From assembly GCA_000165345.1 (NCBI GenBank), contig CM000434.1, positions 1,024,001-1,088,000 on the forward strand: a stretch of 64,000 nt of DNA. Reading direction: 5' to 3'. Shown here in pieces: positions 51,167 to 58,873 of the stretch; within the stretch, counting starts at the first letter, position 1; the number at the start of each line of letters is the position of its first letter. The position numbers and the translations under genes are program-made. A model generated the notes under the pieces. The model had not been told where the DNA came from. It did not search any database and was given only the letters and a program-made list of their open reading frames with translations.

Positions 51167-53279
51167 ATGTCTCAGAGTTCAACACTTTGGAACCAATCCT
51201 ACTCTAGGGAGTTAATAATGGATCATTCGGAAGGGATTGATTGGATTAGTGGCGATGGTTGCCTGGAGAATATTAAAGATTCACATTTTGTGGATTATAG
51301 TGATCCAAATCAAGTTAATATGGAAGATCCTTTAGGAAATAACTTTTATGATTGTACTGATCTTGATGATAGCTTCCATAATTACTTGATGAAGGGTTTA
51401 CTGGGTGAGAATGTTGAAGGTGGCTCAGGCTCTAATAATTTGAATGATGTTTCCTCCGTGAACAGCATCAGAGGTCAAAGTAATGTTGGCGTTACTATTA
51501 GTCACAACAATGATGCCATTTGCCACAACATTGACCACAGAATTGATAGCGTTGGTATTGGAGTGGGATCTCTTGGGGGGGAAGTTGGAGGAGCTTTAGG
51601 GGTGGGTTTAGGAGGAGTGGGAGGAGGAATAGAGATAGGTTTGGGAGTACAAGTAGGAGAGGTGAGAAATCAAGGGGAGAAGGAGTTTGAGAACATAAGC
51701 TGCAGTTACACGGGGAACTCACATTCCCATCAATTGGAGCCACCAAATGAAGATCTCGTAGAAGATCAGAGTAACTGTTACAGGATATCAGCAACTTCAA
51801 ACAATTTGGGTATTTCCAGTAATCATGGACTGTTATTGGGGGCATCTTCCTCTAGCAAAGTCTTGGGAGCTACGCCATCAGCTCAAATATCATCTTCTTT
51901 GTCATCCTCTTCATCATCATCCTCTTCTTCGTTAGCTTCATCTTCATCGTCATCATCTTCATCACCATCATTAACATTGAATTCAGGGCTTCCACCAATA
52001 TCACTACCACCACGAGCTATACCTCCTATAAACTTATCTCAGAGTTTGATGACTCCCACTACATCTGCATCCTCATCATCAGTTAGCCCAATTTCCTTTT
52101 CTCCAAATTCAATGCAATCAGGCCAAAAGCTGATGGGATTTGATCATTCATTCCCAATGGAAAATACACAAAAGAGAGTTCGAATAGAGCCGGAAGAAAG
52201 GATTAGAATGGGTATTTTCGACGATAGTTTAGTGGAATCTGATGTCAAGTTTGCAGATCACCAGATTGTTGAGTTGGATTCAAGTAAAGGAAGAAGGTGG
52301 AGTAACAATTCAACAACTTCAACAATTTCTTCAAACTTTTCAATAAATACAAGTGATGGCGGATGTGTTAGCCATATTAATGATAGCGTAAACAATGAGA
52401 ATCTTGGATTAATGAGCCATGATTTTCAGCAAGACAAGTTTTGTAATACAGAAGATTTAGGATCCCAGAAGCCGAAAATGGCGGACCAAAGCTATGAAAT
52501 GGGAGTAATTGAAGACGAGAACTATTCAATGGGAGGCCAAATGGAGGGGGAATTTTTTATGAACTCGGATAACTACTTAACTGAAGAGGAAAAGCTCAAG
52601 TTAAGGAGGCGAGGAAGGAGGAGAAGACCAGGTAAGTTAAATATTTCTAAACAATTAACAAAGGATCTGACTCTTTATTGTTTTAAATAGGCGAAATAGA
52701 AGCTTGGAAGACTATAATACCTAGAACTACTGTGGATGAAGCTGAGCACTTTGTACAGACAAGTCAATATAGAATGAGACATGTATATAGAGATCCAAGA
52801 GCTGTGAGCTTCGTTTATAGGTAAGTTAAAGATTATGAAAATCATTCAGTATAAGGAGTTTTTTTCTCATTTGGAATCAATTATTTATAGATGTGTACAA
52901 CATGTGGATTGCCAGTATGAGATGAGGATTTACTTAATATCTCACGAAACTTGTTACGTTCAACACAGAGGTTACCATACAGAGGAGAAACAAAAGTACA
53001 AGAGGCCAGGTAAGTTAATTGTTGAAGAGAGGATTTTTCTTAAATCCTTTCTTTTTTTAATTTAGTGTGGATTTGAGTAATTATCTTTTAGGACTCCCTC
53101 AACACACTTTACCGCTCATTGATGAGCTAATAAGAAAAGGCCTTCCTCCAAAGTCAGTAATTGACCATGCAATTCAAATATATCCAGAGGTAGCCGACCA
53201 ATCAAATATTTCAGTACTTTATAGGCAGATTACGAATAGACAACAATATATTAGAAAACGCCAGAGAAATTATGTTTGA
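51167..53279 (+). CDS. Four-exon gene: S/G-rich low-complexity protein whose C-terminus (Arg-rich RRRGRRRRPG stretch plus Cys/His-patterned region) is encoded by three short exons. Exons are 51167..52631, 52691..52820, 52891..53009 and 53092..53279.
   Basis: Track ORF 51167..52690 (507 aa) runs into GGTAAGTT at 52631. Three consecutive GTAAGT donors (52632, 52821, 53010) are matched by TAG or AG acceptors (52690, 52890, 53091). Each junction restores the frame (phases 1, 2, 1). The joined segments are open to a TGA at 53277..53279, consistent with track fragments 52835..53065 and 53067..53279. Joined C-terminus: ...RRRGRRRRPG|EIEAWKTIIPRTTVDEAEHFVQTSQYRMRHVYRDPRAVSFVYR|RCVQHVDCQYEMRIYLISHETCYVQHRGYHTEEKQKYKRP|GLPQHTLPLIDELIRKGLPPKSV...RKRQRNYV. 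Confidence 0.7.
51889..51970 (+). repeat. Coding (TCN)n serine microsatellite (SSSLSSSSSSSSSSLASSSSSSSSSPS)
   Basis: tcatcttctttgtcatcctcttcatcatcatcctcttcttcgttagcttcatcttcatcgtcatcatcttcatcaccatca. Confidence 0.7.
52632..52690 (+). other. Intron 1 (59 nt, GTAAGT...TAG) of gene 51167..53279
   Basis: ccaG|GTAAGTTAAAT...TTTTAAATAG|GCGAA. Joining gives a GGC (Gly) codon and an open frame. Confidence 0.65.
52821..52890 (+). other. Intron 2 (70 nt, GTAAGT...TAG)
   Basis: tttatAG|GTAAGTTAAAG...TTATTTATAG|ATGTG. The alternative acceptor at 52849 gives an immediate stop; this one keeps the frame open. Confidence 0.6.
53010..53091 (+). other. Intron 3 (82 nt, GTAAGT...TAG)
   Basis: aggccaG|GTAAGTTAATT...TCTTTTAG|GACTCC. 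The nearer acceptor at 53065 leads to a TGA after three codons; the 53091 acceptor joins in phase to the final 62-codon exon. Confidence 0.55.
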
Positions 53280-53759
53280 TGGAATTTAATAAAATTTCTG
53301 GCAAAACTTTTTTTAATACCGGTAGAAAGATTGCATGCAGAAAGTTTGCATGCAATAAATTTGAATTATTATCCACATAGAATATAATCACTTTTAGTTT
53401 AGAATAAGCTAAGTATTTTGTAATTTCAAAATAGATCTGACTCTTTGATATTATTGATGATGAAGTTAAAGAGATAAGGGGAATAGTAATGAAAATGGGT
53501 AAATCTGAAAAAAATAAGAAAAGAAAAAGAATAAATAATGAAATTTTCAATAAAATAAATTAGATTTATTTTTCCATCTTAAAGAATTTTTTTTTTGTTT
53601 CTGCAGATAGTTAACAGGAAATTAGTCATGCAGTTGTTTTGGCGCGCAAATTCCTCACAAATAATTTAGTGGAAGGGTAATAAAGATAATAATAAATAAA
53701 AAGTGGAAATAAAAATAAAGGTGGTAGGAAAGGGAGAGAAGAGATTTAAGTAAATTTAC

Positions 53760-53876
53760 ATGGGAATTTTTGGTTTAAAGACGTATGGGTCTGTTTTGGG
53801 TCCAAGAGGAGTGACCCTCAAGGGTTTGGTGGTTTACCTATTAGTAGCATTGGCATTAATGGGAGAGCGAGTCAGG
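53760..53876 (+). CDS. Putative exon 1 of the 54025..56745 gene (39 codons; signal-peptide-like)
   Basis: ATG at 53760 in a relatively GC-richer patch: MGIFGLKTYGSVLGPRGVTLKGLVVYLLVALALMGERVR. It ends exactly on a codon boundary at GTAAGTTG (53877). The acceptor ...AATTAG at 54024 joins in phase 0 to SENIHVFSFEDDEHE... A TTGGCGCGC motif lies 120 bp upstream (53644). Confidence 0.4.
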
Positions 53877-54024
53877 GTAAGTTGAGTTTTTACCATTCAC
53901 ATTTGTTTCCCTCTTCCATTAATAGAGGTTGGGAAAGGTCTGGTGTGAAATTGGAGTAATAATTATTCTTGATTAACTTTTATTTCATAACTTTTTCTTA
54001 ATTAACTATCTAATGAATAATTAG
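53877..54024 (+). other. Putative intron (148 nt, GTAAGT...TAG) between the signal-peptide exon and the main ORF
   Basis: Donor gtcagG|GTAAGTTGAG. The nearer acceptor at 53925 leaves only 16 codons before TAA. The acceptor at 54023/54024 gives a long open frame. Confidence 0.4.
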
Positions 54025-56745
54025 TCAGAGAATATTCACGTTTTTTCCTTCGAGGATGATGAGCATGAGGCTGGAAACCAATACGTCTTTGATAACTTGA
54101 CAAACTCAAATTCAGAACATGAGTTGAACTCCCCCTTTGGAATAGTTCCTTCAAATGAACATCATACCGGCATTGATGCGCATGTGGACAATTCTGATGA
54201 ACACATTTTACAGAAATCCGAGCATAGGAGTTTGTCTGGTCTGGGTGAGGTCGGTAGTTCTAAAAAAGTTTTTGGAGAAGGGGCTACTAGAAGGGAGGTT
54301 GGAGATGAAGTGGAAAGCATCTATAGTGAAGAAGACGGGGGAATATATATGGATACGGAGCAGGATGAGGAAATTGGGGATATAGAGAGTTTTTTAAGCT
54401 TTGATAGTGAATTTGAGAAAAATGAGATGGAAGAGGGGATTATTGGCAATGCTGCTGATAAAGTGAACAAAGTAGCAGTTGGTTTAGATACTGCTCGGGA
54501 AGGTCAGACCGAAGACAAGCAAGAGATAGTACGTAGTACGGAAGAAGTGAGTAAAGGAAAGGCTGATATAAAAGTTAAAAAGAGGACAGGAGAGGAAACC
54601 AAAAAGGAAACTGAGGCAAAAGGAGATGCAGAAGTTGGGATTGAGGGGAAGGAGCACCACCACGTGGCTCGGGAAGCTGTTCAGCAAAAAGGTGAGGCTA
54701 AAGTAATGGGTGAGAAGAAGTCTCAGGAGAAATCCAAAGCGTCTGGGGTTAGTTCTTTGGGGAGATCGAAAAGAAAAAGTGAAGGAGAAAGTGAAGATGG
54801 CGAGGCAACAACAAATAGTAATAGTAGTGAAGAGAAGAAAAAGCCAGAAAGCGGAGTTATTGAGGACTCAGATACCTTATCTGACAAAGTTAAGATAAAG
54901 ACGGAAAATGTTCATATGAAGAAGCATATTAAAACAATTCAAACTCCTGGACAGGAACCTAAGGAGGGGAACCAAACCCAAAATACTCCATATGTTTCAG
55001 TTAGTGCAAATGACTCAGCTAATGCTAATAATTCGGTTAGTGCTAATATTAACGGTTCTATTTCTTCAGTAGTTCCAATTATGAAAGCTGAGGCAGATTT
55101 TTATACAAAAAATACCAATGAAACTTTAAATATAGGAGTTGAAAGTTCTGGGAAGGTTGCTGACGTTCCTAGCGAAGCAACAGCCTTAGGAGAGGGATAC
55201 GTAGGTTCTGGAAAGAATATCACAACAGAAGCAACGAGACAGGGGCCAAGCACTAATATCAAGCAAAAGTCACTAAAGAAAGCAGCGTCTTCAAGCAGAG
55301 ATAAAAGCAAAAGAAAATCAAGCAGGACGGATGATTCTGCTCTAAAAAAGGTTTCTAGAGAATCAAATAAAGGGGAGGGCCTGGAATCTCCTAAATCTGC
55401 TCGTCTAGGATCTAGTAGAGGAGATAATCCCAAGACGACTAAACATAAAAAGCATAAACAATACAAAGATTTGAAATTTAATTCAAAAGAAATAGAAGAT
55501 TCTGAAGCACGTTTCAAAGACAGGTACCGATGTTTGAATGTAAATACAAATATTTTTGAGTCCCTAAGAGTTTTAGATCCTTCTTCTAACCAGACTTGCC
55601 TAACAAATTCAGAGTTTGATGGTTTGAATGTCACGAGAGGTCTCACAGAAGATGATAAAGAACAGAGAAAGGAGTCTAAGCAGAGATTGGGGCCTTTAAA
55701 GAAGATGGAAACAGAAAAGAAAAATTGCTCTTTTTATTCTATTTGGCAGGAATTTACCGATCAAGTGAATAATATGTGTACTCAATTAGAACATAAAGTC
55801 GATTCCAGTTCAAAAAAACCATTAATTGCGGATCTACAGACATCCATTGCCAACATAACCAGTAACTTAAACAATACTGCTACTACTTCTACTACAACGG
55901 TAGCGTTTAATATTACAGAAATTACGACTGAAAATATATCTGGGATAAGAGAAAAGAAAGAAATCAACTCCTCTTCAACTGAAGAGAAGCCAAAAATATT
56001 GAATCTTGCTGGTACTGAAAGAATGGTGGAAGTTCCACAAAATTATTCTAATCCAATAAAGTCAGATGGTGCAAAAAGTGAGAGGAGTAAGATGAATTCC
56101 AAAAGTAAAGTAAGCTGGACAAGAATTCTTCAGAAGATTAGAATATTGAATATTCCTGATATTTATATTCAAGCTACTGCTAAAAAGATACTCAAGTTCA
56201 ATATATATATTTACAGGATATATACGGATAAATACAAGAGAAAAATAATTAAAAGAGTACAGGGAATTCTGAGAAATTTAAAAATAGTAAATAAGTCTCA
56301 AATGATCAAAGATAGGCACTTTTTGGGAGCTTACACGATCTTTGGATCACTATTAACTGCATTATTACTCCTATCTATTGCAACATTTCACGGAAGACAA
56401 TATGCTGAGAAATCTGAAGATATACTGGTTGAGGCAGAAACTATTAAAAAGCTTGGATTTGTGGGAGGTAAAATTAAGATGATAAGCAGCCATCTATCAA
56501 ATTCAGATACAGGAATTGAAAGAGTGGTATTCTCTGATGATCCAAGCTCTATCTGTCAAATGATCTTGAAAAGTAAATCAATTGTAGCCCAGAATCCCAG
56601 TAATATTGATTATACTGAAGAGATAACCGATTCTAAAGACTTAAATTCTATTTTGAACTTAACTACTAGATTGGAAGAGAATAATGAGATTTTACTCCAT
56701 CTCTCAAATGGATTAGCTAAATGTGCTCAGTCTCTTACAATATAA
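54025..56745 (+). CDS. Acidic, K/E/S/T-rich low-complexity protein with a single TM helix near the C-terminus; 5' end uncertain
   Basis: The track ORF begins at a TTG (54097). The frame is open from 54025, the first codon after an in-frame TAG that also forms the acceptor AG. The first in-frame ATG is only at 54349 (MDTEQDEE). The open 108-codon stretch upstream of that ATG in an AT-rich genome argues that it is coding and is fed by the upstream exon. C-terminal hydrophobic helix LGAYTIFGSLLTALLLLSIATF, then a roughly 120-aa tail. Confidence 0.6.
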   Translation, partial: SENIHVFSFEDDEHEAGNQYVFDNLTNSNSEHELNSPFGIVPSNEHHTGIDAHVDNSDEHILQKSEHRSLSGLGEVGSSKKVFGEGATRREVGDEVESIYSEEDGGIYMDTEQDEEIGDIESFLSFDSEFEKNEMEEGIIGNAADKVNKVAVGLDTAREGQTEDKQEIVRSTEEVSKGKADIKVKKRTGEETKKETEAKGDAEVGIEGKEHHHVAREAVQQKGEAKVMGEKKSQEKSKASGVSSLGRSKRKSEGESEDGEATTNSNSSEEKKKPESGVIEDSDTLSDKVKIKTENVHMKKHIKTIQTPGQEPKEGNQTQNTPYVSVSANDSANANNSVSANINGSISSVVPIMKAEADFYTKNTNETLNIGVESSGKVADVPSEATALGEGYVGSGKNITTEATRQGPSTNIKQKSLKKAASSSRDKSKRKSSRTDDSALKKVSRESNKGEGLESPKSARLGSSRGDNPKTTKHKKHKQYKDLKFNSKEIEDSEARFKDRYRCLNVNTNIFESLRVLDPSSNQTCLTNSEFDGLNVTRGLTEDDKEQRKESKQRLGPLKKMETEKKNCSFYSIWQEFTDQVNNMCTQLEHKVDSSSKKPLIADLQTSIANITSNLNNTATTSTTTVAFNITEITTENISGIREKKEINSSSTEEKPKILNLAGTERMVEVPQNYSNPIKSDGAKSERSKMNSKSKVSWTRILQKIRILNIPDIYIQATAKKILKFNIYIYRIYTDKYKRKIIKRVQGILRNLKIVNKSQMIKDRHFLGAYTIFGSLLTALLLLSIATFHGRQYAEKSEDILVEAETIKKLGFVGGKIKMISSHLSNSDTGIERVVFSDDPSSICQMILKSKSIVAQNPSNIDYTEEITDSKDLNSILNLTTRLEENNEILLHLSNGLAKCAQSLTI

Positions 56746-56960
56746 AAATATTGGTTACTTTTCAAGATTGATTGAAACCTAAATATAGATAAGAATTAAG
56801 ACGACTCTATGGAAAATAAATTTATATATAGTATAGTAGAAAGTAGAAAATAAAGAGGTATGTATCATTTAGAGTAAATATATATATAAGTTAGAGGCCC
56901 TACAAGGATTGATTCTAATATGTTTCGTTTAGAATTGACAAGTTAGTAGTTCCCAATTAG

Positions 56961-57932
56961 CTATAGTTGATGATATACTCCACTATTATTATAGGGAGAA
57001 AGATTCTGGTGGCCATGATAAGTATTTCTATCATTAATATTTTGATGGCTATAAATTGGAATTTGCCCCATTTCAAGATCATCTACTTCAGGGCACCTAA
57101 CTGGCCACCTTACACCATCTCCAACAGGCCTTGATGACTTAGTGTTGAATGGACAAAACCATTGCATAGGATTATGCCCAAATGCTTGTTGTATATTTCT
57201 CTCAGGCCCTAGATCATATCTCCCATATTCAGGACTTTGAGGGCTTAAGCTTTCAATAGTGGTTAAATTTCGAACAATAAAGCCAATATGTAGTCTTGAG
57301 AAGGGGAATAATGCAAGTAATAGTGGTGTAACAAAAACTAACATAACAATAATAGATGTAAGCTTTATGGCTTCAATAGATCTTCCAAGCGGAGTTGGAT
57401 CAGTACCATGATTATATGGCCATAAAGTAATATATTGCTCAACTAGAAACATTGTACCTTGAACAAATAAAAACAAAAGAGAAAGTTGAGCATATATTAA
57501 AAGTTGAATAAAGAACTTCCGATTATAGAATCCAACACAATTATTGATCCATGGACAATGGTGATCCATATTCAAAACACATTTTCCACATTCTGAGCAA
57601 TGATGGGTTCTATCAGGTTTCCAAACCTGACAGACTTTGCAATATCTTCTTCTTTTGGATTCATCTCCAACTCTAAATCCCCATTTTGCTGGAACTCTTC
57701 CTGGCTCTGTATTTGTGCATTGGTAGAAAGATATCAAAAACAAAGCAAAAACAAGATGGAATGCTGCTGATACTGATGCTCCTATATAGTAAATCTCAAA
57801 CAATGGCTGTAATAGAATCACAAAATAACAAGCATACAGCAAAGCAATCATAGTCATAATGAATAGCAGAAAACACGCACCATTTTTGCGTTTTCTAGCT
57901 GAATAGCTTGCCGGCAAACCTCCAGAATTCAT
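56961..57932 (-). CDS. DHHC-type protein S-palmitoyltransferase
   Basis: DHHC-CRD: CKVCQVWKPDRTHHCSECGKCVLNMDHHCPWINNCVGFYNRKFF. Four TM helices flank the domain. True ATG. Confidence 0.92.
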   Translation of the reverse strand: MNSGGLPASYSARKRKNGACFLLFIMTMIALLYACYFVILLQPLFEIYYIGASVSAAFHLVFALFLISFYQCTNTEPGRVPAKWGFRVGDESKRRRYCKVCQVWKPDRTHHCSECGKCVLNMDHHCPWINNCVGFYNRKFFIQLLIYAQLSLLFLFVQGTMFLVEQYITLWPYNHGTDPTPLGRSIEAIKLTSIIVMLVFVTPLLLALFPFSRLHIGFIVRNLTTIESLSPQSPEYGRYDLGPERNIQQAFGHNPMQWFCPFNTKSSRPVGDGVRWPVRCPEVDDLEMGQIPIYSHQNINDRNTYHGHQNLSPYNNSGVYHQL

Positions 57933-58191
57933 CAGAGTGAGTATTGGCTAACTATTTATTATTTACCTGCTATACTAATATTATTAATTTCATAAGCTTT
58001 GTAACTCGCTAGTTTTGTTTGTGCTCTTCCACCTGAACTTTATGCGGAGAATTTGTAGTCCGGAATATTAAATTCAGAATATTCCAAAATTATCCTGCAT
58101 TAGAACCGCTTCCTTTAGTTTCTTTTTCTTTTCTTCTCTATTGCGACTTTTTTTGATCCTCACATTCAGCATGTAACCCCACCCTACAGCT

Positions 58192-58223
58192 GTGGCGCCA
58201 CACGCTGTTTTGTCTTTGGCGCC
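58192..58223. promoter_or_regulatory. Perfect 10-bp palindrome GTGGCGCCAC plus a second TTGGCGCC in the divergent DHHC/USP5 intergenic region
   Basis: GTGGCGCCACacgctgttttgtcttTGGCGCCtat. A second cluster at 58733..58755 (attGCATGCGCCGGTGtac) lies nearer the USP5 ATG. Confidence 0.5.
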
Positions 58224-58873
58224 TATATGGTTACAAATTGTGTGATTGAATTAGGAGTAATAGAATTAAATAGGGTAATAAAGAAAAGAAGGGGAGAAGT
58301 ATTCTCAGTAAGAGAACGCAGAAAAAGTATATGTGAATACATATCAGCACTGTAAGGAAGGAATAGATTAAGGGATTAAATATAAAGCTTAGCAGTCGCA
58401 TATCCTACAGTGACTATTGTTTCTGTTGTTGGTATATTTTTCACTATTTGAATACCAATTCTTTTTTTTTTTTGTGCAAGAGACATTTAAATAAAAATAG
58501 CATTAGTAGCTTTGTAATGCTAATATTAGTATTCAATTTCTCAGAGCTGAAATTGATCGAGAGGGGGGAGAGGAGTTAAATGTTTTAGACAAATTACGAA
58601 TAGAAAGATTCTGGAAAATATTTACTCAAAGGATAATTAAATTAATAATTTTTTTTGAAATTTAAATTTATAATTCATAATTTGGCAATTACGTGTAATT
58701 TTTTTGTCAGATTTTGAATTACGTGTCAATTACATGCATTGCATGCGCCGGTGTACACAAAAGAACCCCACACTTGCAGATATTTAAATCACTTAATTAA
58801 ATTTGGGTGAATTTTTTAATTTATTAATTTTTTTTTCTTCGTCCTAAAAGTCTTTTTTAGGGGAAAAAAAAGA

